Counted from the first letter of the stretch, positions 39,763-49,479 are shown. The stretch is 64,000 bases of DNA from Candidatus Poribacteria bacterium (GCA_965232545.1 OZ246979.1:4623521-4687520), one strand, 5' to 3'. The notes: generated by a model not told the origin, from the sequence alone. Program-made: numbers and translations.

Positions 39763-40085
39763 AGCCCGGAGATGTAATTATCGCCGACTTTCCAGGAGTC
39801 ACAGGTGTTAAAAGGCGACCAGCAGTGGTTATTTCAACAGGGGATTATCATGCTACTCTTGGAGATGTGATTCTTGGAGCCGTAACAACTAACTTAGCAG
39901 TTGCCATTACACCAACGGATCACTTGATTACTAACTGGACGGAAGCTGGCTTACGTCGACCAAGCGCATTTAGAACGTTTCTCGTGACACTTCCACAGAG
40001 CGAAGTACTGGCAGTCATTGGACACCTATCATCTTCGGACTGGGTCGCAGTAAAAAAATGTATCCGCATTGCAATTGCTGTATGA
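39750..40085 (+). CDS. PemK/MazF family type II toxin (mRNA interferase)
   Basis: GDVIIADFPGVTGVKRRPAVVIS matches the MazF/PemK core. Confidence 0.7.
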   Translation: MDTLKPGDVIIADFPGVTGVKRRPAVVISTGDYHATLGDVILGAVTTNLAVAITPTDHLITNWTEAGLRRPSAFRTFLVTLPQSEVLAVIGHLSSSDWVAVKKCIRIAIAV

Positions 40086-40231
40086 ATGTTCACGAATTCG
40101 ATACTTTTAACTCTATGGATTTATGGTAGTTATCGACTTCATTGCCAAGAACTGTTGGATAGGATTGCGTTAACAACATACTCCTAATGCCTCTGGATTT
40201 AGGAGTAGATCAAGTGCAAAGGAGGTTAACA

Positions 40232-41332
40232 ATGCTGCGTATATGTACATGTCTGACGCTCTTACTTTCGATAATCGGTTGTAAATCGCAAACTTTGCAG
40301 GAACATCTTTTAGAACCGCCACCACCGCTCATCAATTTTGCGCTGAGCCGAAATGGGGCAATCGCGGATGCTTCACAATCCGTTCCAAACCATCGCGCAG
40401 CAGAGATAATTGATGGTGATACTAACTCTGAGACGTGGGATGAAGGCAGTGGATGGGGGAGTAGTTTAGAGCATCTGCGGACCTCAGATCTTAACAAGCG
40501 TTCTTATGTATCCGTGACGCTCGCTAAACCGGTCGATATTCGTAAAATTGTTATGTGGACGATCGACTCCGAGAAATATCCTGCACCGCAATTTGGGTTG
40601 AAGGACTATCGGATTGAGTATTGGCACGGCACCGGTTGGGGACTTATTCCATCGGGTGATACGAAAGACAAGCAGTATACAGCGCGAGATAATACCAAAG
40701 GTAAGCGGGTTCATGAAGTCCGCCAGCGCCTAATAGCCAGCAAGGTCCGGCTCGTTCCTGTTTCTTCGAATGATACGGTCCGCAATTACCAACACATGGC
40801 AGGCAAGCGACCTGTATATGAGGTGGAAGGCACTGCAAGAGTTATGGAATTGGAAATTTGGGGGTATGCCGCACCGGAAGTGCATACACTCAAACAGATT
40901 GCACAAGGGATCCCGCCAGAATCAATGGCGCATCCTGTAGCAACAGAGACACAGAAAGGTGAAAATCAAACCGAACCGACGATCAAAGAGATTATTCAGC
41001 GCGTCTTAAACCGATATGAACTCGGATACGACATGGCGGACCTAACGGAGGTTATGTCCTGTTTTTCAGAGGTGTATCACTCCAATGGTCGCACATATCA
41101 AGACGTTAAAACAAAGGTGTCCGAGTTTTTTGAAGTTTATCATCAGATTGATATGACACTGACCAACATTGACATCCATCCGAACATAGTTGATGATACG
41201 GCGATTGTAACGGGTGGCTACACGTTGCAATATGCCCCGAAAGTGAACGGTCAGGTTGAACAGACATCTGGCAAATTGACGTTGGTTTTCGCGAATGAAG
41301 CGGAAACATGGCGCATTATCCGGGCAGAATAA
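40232..41332 (+). CDS. Lipoprotein with discoidin (F5/8 type C)-like and NTF2-like (SnoaL/DUF4440) domains
   Basis: SD AAAGGAGG. Start MLRICTCLTLLLSIIGC (lipobox). A galactose-binding-like segment. C-terminal NTF2-like ~120 aa. Confidence 0.5.
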   Translation: MLRICTCLTLLLSIIGCKSQTLQEHLLEPPPPLINFALSRNGAIADASQSVPNHRAAEIIDGDTNSETWDEGSGWGSSLEHLRTSDLNKRSYVSVTLAKPVDIRKIVMWTIDSEKYPAPQFGLKDYRIEYWHGTGWGLIPSGDTKDKQYTARDNTKGKRVHEVRQRLIASKVRLVPVSSNDTVRNYQHMAGKRPVYEVEGTARVMELEIWGYAAPEVHTLKQIAQGIPPESMAHPVATETQKGENQTEPTIKEIIQRVLNRYELGYDMADLTEVMSCFSEVYHSNGRTYQDVKTKVSEFFEVYHQIDMTLTNIDIHPNIVDDTAIVTGGYTLQYAPKVNGQVEQTSGKLTLVFANEAETWRIIRAE

Positions 41333-41369
41333 CCCACGATTTCAAACTGCGGCGACAAAGGATCTGAAA

Positions 41370-42194
41370 ATGGTACAAGAGCAGTCCAATCTTTGGGCAA
41401 AATCATACATCAATGATGGCTATTTACTGCTTCCAGATATCATTACACTGGAAGAATGTAATGACCTGAAAGCAGAGATGCTAAAAATATTCCGTGGAGA
41501 TTACCCCTGTGAGGCGATCCCACCGATGCCGGAGACGGCAAGCGAAATGGAAGTTTTGGATAGAATCATGTGTGTTGGCGAACCACATGTCTTTAGTCCC
41601 TTAATTCGGCGTTATATTGAACATCCAAAAATCTGTGAAGTCCTTCGGACGATTGTTGGGGCACACATCCCATTTTGGGAGGGTGGTGTGAAATGTATGC
41701 AGTCGATGATGTTGAGCAAAGTACCGGGACATACGGGGAACCCATGGCATCAGGACGAACACCCGATTCCGACGCGTGATCGATCGCTGCTCGGTGTGTG
41801 GATTACATTAGATGATGCCACAGTTGAAAACGGTTGTCTCTGGGTTTTACCCGATAGCCACCGCTCTGGTGTAATTTATGACCGTTTCCCACACGACAAA
41901 CGCCATGAATTCGACAGTTGTCACGAAGCAGCCGGGTTTGATGACACCGGCGAAATCCCGATTGAGATGGCAGCCGGTAGCGTTCTCTTTTTCAACGGCT
42001 ACCTTTTACACCGTTCCAAGAAGAATCGGAGCGATACATTTCGGCGTATCCTTGTGAGCCACTATTGCTCAACAGCGTCGTGGTTAGGCTGGAAGGGACA
42101 GCGGAATTATCGCGGCGTTGTTACCGTCGCAGGCGAAGATCCTTACATTGGCGAAGGCTATGTCACACCAAATACCTGGGCACGATGGGAGTAG
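41370..42194 (+). CDS. PhyH family Fe(II)/2OG oxygenase, paralog C
   Basis: PWHQDEHP (HxD) and FFNGYLLHRS (distal His). Start shortened to MVQEQ… after GGATCTGAAA-ATG. Confidence 0.65.
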   Translation: MVQEQSNLWAKSYINDGYLLLPDIITLEECNDLKAEMLKIFRGDYPCEAIPPMPETASEMEVLDRIMCVGEPHVFSPLIRRYIEHPKICEVLRTIVGAHIPFWEGGVKCMQSMMLSKVPGHTGNPWHQDEHPIPTRDRSLLGVWITLDDATVENGCLWVLPDSHRSGVIYDRFPHDKRHEFDSCHEAAGFDDTGEIPIEMAAGSVLFFNGYLLHRSKKNRSDTFRRILVSHYCSTASWLGWKGQRNYRGVVTVAGEDPYIGEGYVTPNTWARWE

Positions 42195-42210
42195 TCTAAA
42201 CAACGCACCT

Positions 42211-42237
42211 GACCCAACCGCAAGGAAAGTTAAAAAT
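42211..42237 (+). promoter_or_regulatory. Upstream module copy before PhyH paralog D
   Basis: GACCCAACCGCAAGGAAAGTTAAAAAT-ATG. Confidence 0.5.
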
Positions 42238-43053
42238 ATGAAACTGACAGAACATCAAGTGAATTTTTTCAATACTTTCGGCTATCTCGCAATACCGGGC
42301 ATGTTTTCCCCAAGCGAGATGGAATGGATAATCGAAGAATTTGAGGTATCGATTCAGGAATTTGGAAGCGGCAAAAATCATGATGGCACAAGCCGCACAA
42401 TGTTCGGTGGTCCGATAGAGCATCGGCCTCGACTCTGTACCCTCCTTGATGATGAACGAGTTAAAGGACTCATCGGTGGTGTGATCGGTGCAGACTTCAA
42501 CTACGCTGGGGGCGATGGGAACTATTACACCGGCGATACCGGCTGGCATCCTGATGGAAGCTGGGGACGCCTCTTTGCTTGTAAGGTGGCATTTTATCTC
42601 GATCCTTTGACGAGAGACACAGGCTGCTTACGGATCATTCCCGGTAGCCAGAATCCGGCGCACTTCGTCAGAGCCGGAAAAATCGATCCAAATCAATCAG
42701 AGGCGTTATACGGTATACCGCCGCGCGATTTTCCAACCAGTGTTGCATTGGAGAGCACACCCGGCGATGTCGTGATCTTCAACCACGACACCTATCACGC
42801 AGCATTTGGGGGTGGGACCCGGAGACGGATGTTCACCATGAATTGCACACAACATTGTACGACCGAGCCAGATTTAGAGACGCTTCATCAGTACTTGAGC
42901 GTCCATTCAGCAGGCGGATATAAAATTGAGACAGGCGCGGGCATGTTTTTCCCAACGATGGTTGACACTGCGGACGCAAAACGACAAATCCATCTCCAGC
43001 AATGTAGTAATATCCATGACGAATTGTTCCCGCAATACGCTCGACGGTCTTAG
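42238..43053 (+). CDS. PhyH family Fe(II)/2OG oxygenase, paralog D
   Basis: Start MKLTEHQ… directly after module copy CCGCAAGGAAAGTTAAAAAT. GWHPDGS (HxD) and TYHAAFGG motifs. Confidence 0.65.
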   Translation: MKLTEHQVNFFNTFGYLAIPGMFSPSEMEWIIEEFEVSIQEFGSGKNHDGTSRTMFGGPIEHRPRLCTLLDDERVKGLIGGVIGADFNYAGGDGNYYTGDTGWHPDGSWGRLFACKVAFYLDPLTRDTGCLRIIPGSQNPAHFVRAGKIDPNQSEALYGIPPRDFPTSVALESTPGDVVIFNHDTYHAAFGGGTRRRMFTMNCTQHCTTEPDLETLHQYLSVHSAGGYKIETGAGMFFPTMVDTADAKRQIHLQQCSNIHDELFPQYARRS

Positions 43054-43092
43054 GTCTTAGCATTTCCATTGCAATCCCTACGCTTTTTGTGG

Positions 43093-43232
43093 TATTTTAT
43101 AGTTATCAGTTTTAGGAGTTGTCAATTATCAATTATCAGTTTTAGGAGTTGTCAATTATCAGTTAAAGAGGACCCTGGTTAAACGAAAACCTCTTAACCG
43201 GCAACTGACGACCGACAACCGATAACCATAAA
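43093..43232. repeat. Largest composite palindromic 7-bp-repeat element
   Basis: (AGTTATC AGTTTTAGG AGTTGTC AATTATC) x2, then AAGAGG…CCTCTT hairpin, then CAACTGA-CGACCGA-CAACCGA-TAACC in the opposite orientation. Confidence 0.55.
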
Positions 43233-43235
43233 AAA

Positions 43236-45746
43236 ATGGTTCCATCTTTATTTAGCAAGCATTTAGGGCACATTGGTAGAAATGTTATCTCCGCGGCACT
43301 CATCTGTGGGATAAGCACATTTTGTGTTGCTGCGCCGCCAAAGGCACGTACCCACTTACCTTCAAGTTCCATCGCTATGAGTGATGACGCCCTTGCTACC
43401 TTCTTTAATCCATCTGGACTTGCCGCAGGACACGGTCTGAACCTATACTACCTCCGAACATATCAAAGCGATTGGGCAGGCGATGACGCTTTCTTTCTTG
43501 CTGTCCCTGGCGCAGGTTTCGGTATAGAATTCGGCACTGCCGATGCTGATACTGACTTCACGCGCTATACGTTTTCGGGTGGCTATCATCTCGGAAGTGC
43601 TCTCTATTGGGGGACGAGTTACAGTTGGATGAATTCAGACAATGAGGGATACGACAGATTTCGTTCGCTCTCCATGGGCTTAATGTATCGACGACGTTAT
43701 CTCTCAATTGGCGCAGCCGCACGCGATCTCAATCGTCCTAAGTTGCTTGGAGAAAAACTCGGACGCACCTATGGTTTGGGATTAGCACTCCGTCCGGGGA
43801 CCTGGCGCACAACACTCTCAATTGACATGCAGAAAACGCAAGGAATTGAGGGGGTAGAACTCCGTTATGCTTTGGAGGTCCGCCCGATTCGCGAATTCAT
43901 GCTCCGCGGTACCCTAAATAATGATCTGAGTTTTGATGTCCGTTTCGGTGTGAATATCGGAAATTGGGGATTCGGAACCGGCAACGCTTTTGACAACAAT
44001 CGAGAAGCACAGTCGAGCGTCGGCTATTTTCATTTTTCCAACGCACCCAAAACTAAACCACTACCTCGCCGTAGAACGTTCCTTGACCTACCGATGTCCT
44101 CCCTCAAACAGGTCCTACCTATCGCAAAATGGGATGACGATGTCGCTGGGGTTCTTGTCCGTATTGACGGGAGTGGTTACGGGATCGCTCAGCTTCAAGA
44201 GATGTCAGATGCCATCTTGGATTTTAGGGAATCAGGACGTGTTGTGCTCTGCTACCTCTCTAATTGTTCCACTGGCGACTATATTGTCGCCTCTGCATGC
44301 GAAGGTATCCTGATCCATCCGTCTGCTGAGGTCAGGTTAATTGGGATACGCACAGAGCATTCCTTCTACAAGGGCGCGTTAGACATGCTCGGTATTCGGG
44401 CGAATCTTGAGCATCTCGGTGAGTACAAATCCGCATCGGAGGCGTTCACTCGACGCGATATGTCTGAAGCACACCGCGAGATCCAGAACATTATTTTGGA
44501 TGACCTGTATGAACAACTCATAGAGGCAATCGCAGCCGGGCGTGGATGGACGCACGAAGGGGTCAAAGAACGTATTGATGCTGGACCTTACACGGCACGT
44601 CAAGCCTTTGCCGCTGAACTGGTGGATAGACTCGTCTATGAGGATGAATTGCATGATGTCGTGACCGAACTCACGGATGCCAGGACCGATTTGGTGCCAC
44701 TGAGTGAATACGTAAGAAGTGGGCTGTACGCGCAAGAGTGGCAAGTACCAGGACCGCAGGTTGCAATCATTAAGGCTGAAGGATTGATGTTGACGGGTGA
44801 TAGTTTCGTCGACCCATTTATGGGTACTCAGGTGATGGGAGCAGATACAATCGCAGGTATTATCAAGGCGGTAAAAGACGACGATTCCATAAAGGCAGTT
44901 GTGTTGCGAATTGACAGCGGTGGTGGACTCGTTGTTGCCGCTGACATTATATGGCGTGAGTTGGTACGACTCAAAGAGGTTAAACCGTTCGTGGTATCAA
45001 TGGGGGATGTGGCGGCATCAGGTGGCTATTACATCGCTGCTCCCGCGGATACAATCGTTGCCGAACCCGGAACGATTACGGGTTCTATTGGCGTTGTTGG
45101 TGGTAAGTATAGTTTCAAGGGGCTTTATGAGAAACTCGGCATCCATAAGGAGATTCTCAAACGGGGACAGCATGCTGATTTTTACACCGATTACGGGGAC
45201 TATCCACTTACTGAAAAAGCGATCGTACAGAAACAAATTAAAGAGATTTACGACGATTTCATTGAAAAAGTGGCTCTCGGGCGAACCGGGTTAACAGTCG
45301 AGGATGTAGATAGACTTGGACAGGGACGTATCTGGTCAGGCAGACAGGCAAAGGAAAATGGGCTTGTCGATGAGTTAGGCGGTTTAAGCCTCGCAATCGC
45401 AATCGCGCGAGAACACGCAGGATTAGGAAAGAAGTCAATTGGGATCGTCGAATTTCCAAAAAAAACATGGATGTCACAACTACTCGGCAACTTTGGATTT
45501 CCATTCGTCTCATTGTGGACGGGAAAACACCCAAGCAAAAATACCCCGAATTCCTTTGAAAACATTGTCCCGCAGGTTCCCTCTATAGGAAACTTGCGCA
45601 AGGAAGACAACGGTGTGGGAACTGAGTCTTGGCTGCAGTTTATTACACAGTACGGTGGCTTGAGCACTACCGCCAGGCTCCTAAATACAATCAGAAAGCA
45701 TCGGTTATTTCTTCTTATGCCTTATCATATAAGCGTAGGGAACTAA
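43236..45746 (+). CDS. sppA: Signal peptide peptidase SppA (67K type, two S49 domains) with ~270-aa N-terminal extension
   Basis: Two ClpP/crotonase-like S49 domains (LVRIDGSGYGIAQ… and VVLRIDSGGGLVVAAD…MGDVAASGGYYIA with catalytic Ser in the GGY context). Extra N-terminal domain with signal peptide. Confidence 0.75.
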   Translation: MVPSLFSKHLGHIGRNVISAALICGISTFCVAAPPKARTHLPSSSIAMSDDALATFFNPSGLAAGHGLNLYYLRTYQSDWAGDDAFFLAVPGAGFGIEFGTADADTDFTRYTFSGGYHLGSALYWGTSYSWMNSDNEGYDRFRSLSMGLMYRRRYLSIGAAARDLNRPKLLGEKLGRTYGLGLALRPGTWRTTLSIDMQKTQGIEGVELRYALEVRPIREFMLRGTLNNDLSFDVRFGVNIGNWGFGTGNAFDNNREAQSSVGYFHFSNAPKTKPLPRRRTFLDLPMSSLKQVLPIAKWDDDVAGVLVRIDGSGYGIAQLQEMSDAILDFRESGRVVLCYLSNCSTGDYIVASACEGILIHPSAEVRLIGIRTEHSFYKGALDMLGIRANLEHLGEYKSASEAFTRRDMSEAHREIQNIILDDLYEQLIEAIAAGRGWTHEGVKERIDAGPYTARQAFAAELVDRLVYEDELHDVVTELTDARTDLVPLSEYVRSGLYAQEWQVPGPQVAIIKAEGLMLTGDSFVDPFMGTQVMGADTIAGIIKAVKDDDSIKAVVLRIDSGGGLVVAADIIWRELVRLKEVKPFVVSMGDVAASGGYYIAAPADTIVAEPGTITGSIGVVGGKYSFKGLYEKLGIHKEILKRGQHADFYTDYGDYPLTEKAIVQKQIKEIYDDFIEKVALGRTGLTVEDVDRLGQGRIWSGRQAKENGLVDELGGLSLAIAIAREHAGLGKKSIGIVEFPKKTWMSQLLGNFGFPFVSLWTGKHPSKNTPNSFENIVPQVPSIGNLRKEDNGVGTESWLQFITQYGGLSTTARLLNTIRKHRLFLLMPYHISVGN

Positions 45747-45785
45747 TATCACTTTTGTATCCTGTTCGTGGAATAAAATTGTAGG

Positions 45786-45917
45786 ACTTACGCACTTCCC
45801 TGGTAGGTGCGGAATGTAATACGAGGAATGGATTTGGTCTATTCCCAGACCAAATCCCCCAACCGCACCGAATGCGTCCAAATAGATGAAATTTACTGAT
45901 TTTGCGTAAGTCCTGAA
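45786..45917. ncRNA. Nested-hairpin structured element (candidate small RNA or MITE) between sppA and pcm
   Basis: Outer stem GGACTTACGCA (45786) / TGCGTAAGTCC (45907). Middle stem GGTGCGG / CCGCACC. Inner perfect 11-bp stem GGATTTGGTCT-attccc-AGACCAAATCC. Confidence 0.35.
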
Positions 45918-45991
45918 TAGTTTAACGCTCGCTGACGAGGGAGGTCCAAGTAAAACACCTCGCCCTCTGAAAACTGACTACTACTGAAAAA

Positions 45992-46654
45992 ATGCTGTTC
46001 GCCAAGAATTACGCGACACTACGTCGCAAAATGGTTCGGAACCAGATTGAAGCGCGTGGTATCCACAATCCTCAAGTGCTTGCTGTTATGCGAAAGGTGG
46101 AGCGACACCTGTTTGTAAAACCGCAATACCTCAATGTGGCGTATCAGGATGGAGCGTTACCAATCGATTCTGACCAAACGATCTCGCAACCGTATATCGT
46201 CGCGCTGATGACGGACTTGCTGAAGCTCACTTCAACTTCAAAAGTCCTTGAAATCGGAACCGGATGTGGCTATCAAACAGCAGTACTGGCAGAATTGGCG
46301 AGAGATGTGTACTCTGTTGAGATTATACCCGGACTTGTCGAAAGTGCGACAGCGCGATTAAAGGCACTCAACTATCGAAACATTCATCTCAAAAATGGAG
46401 ATGGATATTACGGTTGGCGAGAACACGCCCCTTATGATGCTGTGCTCGTCGCCGCAGCACCTACGGACGTGCCAGAGCGGCTCATTCAGCAACTCAAGCC
46501 GGGCGGTAGGATGGTGATACCTGTCGGGGGTTCTGAACAAAATCTCCTTTTAATTCAAAAAGGACTTCAAACTGGTGAGAATTCGGTACAATCTCTCGAA
46601 ACCACCGAGATTATCTCTGTCCGTTTTGTGCCGATGACAGATGGACTGAATTAA
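45992..46654 (+). CDS. pcm: Protein-L-isoaspartate O-methyltransferase
   Basis: SQPYIVALM, VLEIGTGCGYQTA (SAM motif I) and DAVLVAAAP motifs. Confidence 0.85.
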   Translation: MLFAKNYATLRRKMVRNQIEARGIHNPQVLAVMRKVERHLFVKPQYLNVAYQDGALPIDSDQTISQPYIVALMTDLLKLTSTSKVLEIGTGCGYQTAVLAELARDVYSVEIIPGLVESATARLKALNYRNIHLKNGDGYYGWREHAPYDAVLVAAAPTDVPERLIQQLKPGGRMVIPVGGSEQNLLLIQKGLQTGENSVQSLETTEIISVRFVPMTDGLN

Positions 46655-46777
46655 AGTGGGAGGGCTTGTAACCCCGAATTCCACTGAGTTGATACGGGGG
46701 CACTTTCAAGGTACATCTTCAGAAAAATAAGATAAATAATCCTAAAAAACATATATCACTATGAAGGAAATAATAGA

Positions 46778-47725
46778 TTGAAGCATATATTCTGTCTAAT
46801 TCTACTCATCGCGTTGCTTTTTCCAGCTGTCGCCGCTGCTACATTCAATAATATTGGTGTTGGCGCGAGACCGTTAGGTTTAGGTGGAGCGTTCGTCGCA
46901 CTCGCTGATGATAGTAACGCTGCAGATTACAACGCCGCAGGATTAGGTTATATTGATGGGATCCATCTCGGTGCTACGCATGCCCAACGCTTTAACGGGC
47001 TCATTACCTATAATGCCCTCAGTAGTGTTATTCCGCTCGGAAGAATTGGGGCAATTGGGGCAGGTTTCGGAGGTTTGGCAGAGGATTCCGAAATTTATAG
47101 TGAACAGACGTTGCGACTCTCTTACGGAAGTGCGCTTTTCAAACAATTCGCAATCGGTGCAAATCTGAAACTCTTCCGTGCCGCTTTTGACGAGACAAAT
47201 GAATTCGTCGTAGAGAATCCGTATTTCGTCAACACCTCGAGTTCAGCTGTCTCTTTTGATCTCGGTGTGATCGCAAAACCTTTCCAGAGTCTGAGTCTTG
47301 GTGCAGCGGTAGAGAACCTACTCCCCGCAGATATGAGCATATCTGACACGCAGACGGATTCGGTGCCGTTAAACATTCGTGCCGGTTTGGCATACAGACT
47401 TGCGTCTATGGCGGAGATGAGCGCGCAAGGTGCGGCGGTCAGTAACTTGTTGAGAGGTAGTCTTGGGAGCTTTGAGGTTGCGTCTCGCAATGGCGAAATT
47501 TATATACGCACCGGAATAGAAGTCTGGTTGAATAAATCTATCGCTGTTCGCGGCGGTTATGGCGTGAAAAATGGAGGGAGTTCGGCAACAACCCTGAGTT
47601 TCGGTGGGAGTGCTAAGCTGCCGATCAGTGGTACTGCCCTCCAACTTGACTATGGATTTCAACTGCTGAGTGGGAATCTTCAAGACAATATAACACAGCG
47701 GTTCTCCCTTAATCTGTTGCTTTAA
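46778..47725 (+). CDS. PorQ/PorV-like outer-membrane beta-barrel protein (T9SS-associated family)
   Basis: Signal peptide plus GARPLGLGGAFVALADDSNAADYNAAGL, a motif I associate with PorQ/PorV-type barrels. 315 aa fits PorQ size. Confidence 0.45.
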   Translation: MKHIFCLILLIALLFPAVAAATFNNIGVGARPLGLGGAFVALADDSNAADYNAAGLGYIDGIHLGATHAQRFNGLITYNALSSVIPLGRIGAIGAGFGGLAEDSEIYSEQTLRLSYGSALFKQFAIGANLKLFRAAFDETNEFVVENPYFVNTSSSAVSFDLGVIAKPFQSLSLGAAVENLLPADMSISDTQTDSVPLNIRAGLAYRLASMAEMSAQGAAVSNLLRGSLGSFEVASRNGEIYIRTGIEVWLNKSIAVRGGYGVKNGGSSATTLSFGGSAKLPISGTALQLDYGFQLLSGNLQDNITQRFSLNLLL

Positions 47726-47843
47726 TAGGTGTCGGTCGTCGGTTGCCAGCAGTCAGTAGCGAGATTTGCGTTAGATCCAAACCCATAGCCTGCAACAACG
47801 GCGCAGGCGGATCTACGGAAATAAACGTCAAGGTGCTAAGCCC

Positions 47844-47873
47844 CCTGACCGAACCGCAAGGTATAATTAAAAA
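47844..47873 (+). promoter_or_regulatory. Upstream module copy before the FN3/T9SS gene
   Basis: CCTGACCGAACCGCAAGGTATAATTAAAAA-ATG. Confidence 0.5.
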
Positions 47874-49262
47874 ATGAAAAACGTATCTATTGCTTTGATA
47901 CTTATCGGTAGTCTGTTCCTTAACGCTAACAGTTATGGAGCGGTTACCTCTGTTGGAGAGATTAACGTCGTTGGGCAAAAGGAAGGCGTTGTTCCTGCAA
48001 GTTCAACCGTGCCATTGCTCGTGGCGCTCGTAATTGACCGATCGTTGGCGGAACCGGGCGAAGAAATTAAAATTATTGAGATCACGATGCCACGCGGATT
48101 TCTAACCCAATCGTCCTATTTCAGAGGTATCTCGCGTGATGGTAACCAAATTGTAGCAAGGGCTGTTGTCTCTGGTGGAAGTGTTCTACGTGTCGAACTC
48201 GCAGACGCTATCGTTGATTTTCAGAACTCGCTCTATGAAATTACCTTTGAGTGTCAGACACCGAATACGCTTATTCCAGAGGCAGTTTTCAGAGCGCGCC
48301 TTCGCAACCTTCAAGACGGTCCCATCGGTGAATTCATCCGACCAGGGCAGGCAGATGGAAAACTCAATAACGACGATTTTACCTTACAGGTTATTCCGAA
48401 TGTGCCGCCTGATCCGGTTATAGGCTTCACCGCTGAAGCCGATGAAACCGGAGAAAACGATGTGACCCTCCGTTGGCAGAAATCGGAAGATCAGGATGTC
48501 AACGGTTACCTCATCTACAGAGACAAGGACGATACTACTATTAATGTCGAAAATCGTTCGTCAACGACGTTTCGCGATGTAAACGTTCCTCTGGGAAACC
48601 ATACCTATCAGATCACCGCTTACAAAACCTTATTCTTGCAGTCGGAACGTTCACCGATACAAATGGTAGACGTATCAGTGGACACAGCTGCGCCAGAACC
48701 ACCGACAATGCTCAGCATTATCACCTCAAGTGATGGCGTCGAAGTCTTGTGGAAACCGAGCATCAGTCGTGATGTCGTTGCGTATCGAGTCTTGTTCGGT
48801 TCGCCGGGTTCCGGTGAACCTGAACCTCTTCCCAACGGTGAAATCCGAGAAGTAAAAACGGAATATAGATTTATTGATGATCGTCCATTGTCTATAGGCA
48901 GTTTTACTTATGCTGTCATCGCCATTGACGAGGCGGATAACAAGTCCGCACCTGTACAAAAGAAACTTCGTATTTTTGACAAACCCTATCCGAACCCTTT
49001 TACACCGCTTTCTCCAGACGAGGATTTCAATCGGGTTGTCTTCCCGGCGCGCACACTTGAAGAGGCTTCAGGTGAATTCACAGTACTCATATTTGACATT
49101 GACGGAATGCTCGTGAAGACCCTGACCGCTCTGCCGGGTGAAACGGAGTTGATTTGGGATGGACACGACGAATCCGGTGAAATTGTGGAAAGCGGCGTTT
49201 ACCTCTATCAACTTCAAGTGGGAGAGAGTTTTGAGACAGGAACTTTAATTGTTGCGAAGTAG
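47874..49262 (+). CDS. Fibronectin type III-like secreted protein with T9SS C-terminal sorting domain
   Basis: ATG abuts CCGCAAGGTATAATTAAAAA. FN3-like repeats (TLRWQKSEDQDVNGYLIYR…). CTD PYPNPFTPLSP…GVYLYQLQVGESFETGTLIVAK. Confidence 0.6.
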   Translation: MKNVSIALILIGSLFLNANSYGAVTSVGEINVVGQKEGVVPASSTVPLLVALVIDRSLAEPGEEIKIIEITMPRGFLTQSSYFRGISRDGNQIVARAVVSGGSVLRVELADAIVDFQNSLYEITFECQTPNTLIPEAVFRARLRNLQDGPIGEFIRPGQADGKLNNDDFTLQVIPNVPPDPVIGFTAEADETGENDVTLRWQKSEDQDVNGYLIYRDKDDTTINVENRSSTTFRDVNVPLGNHTYQITAYKTLFLQSERSPIQMVDVSVDTAAPEPPTMLSIITSSDGVEVLWKPSISRDVVAYRVLFGSPGSGEPEPLPNGEIREVKTEYRFIDDRPLSIGSFTYAVIAIDEADNKSAPVQKKLRIFDKPYPNPFTPLSPDEDFNRVVFPARTLEEASGEFTVLIFDIDGMLVKTLTALPGETELIWDGHDESGEIVESGVYLYQLQVGESFETGTLIVAK

Positions 49263-49479
49263 CTATGTAGGTGGCGTTGAAACTCAGCCCCGCAATAGTA
49301 TGAGACTTTAGTTTTTCTGGATAGGGTTCCTGTTGCTTTCAAAGTCCCAACCCCTTGGGTGCTTGCGAAAAATCTATTGACTTGATTTCCGATTCAAGGT
49401 TATATTATAATTTCATGCTAGTGGCGAAAAAATAGCATACCCCGCACCGGGGAAATTAACAACAAAAAGGAGAATAACA

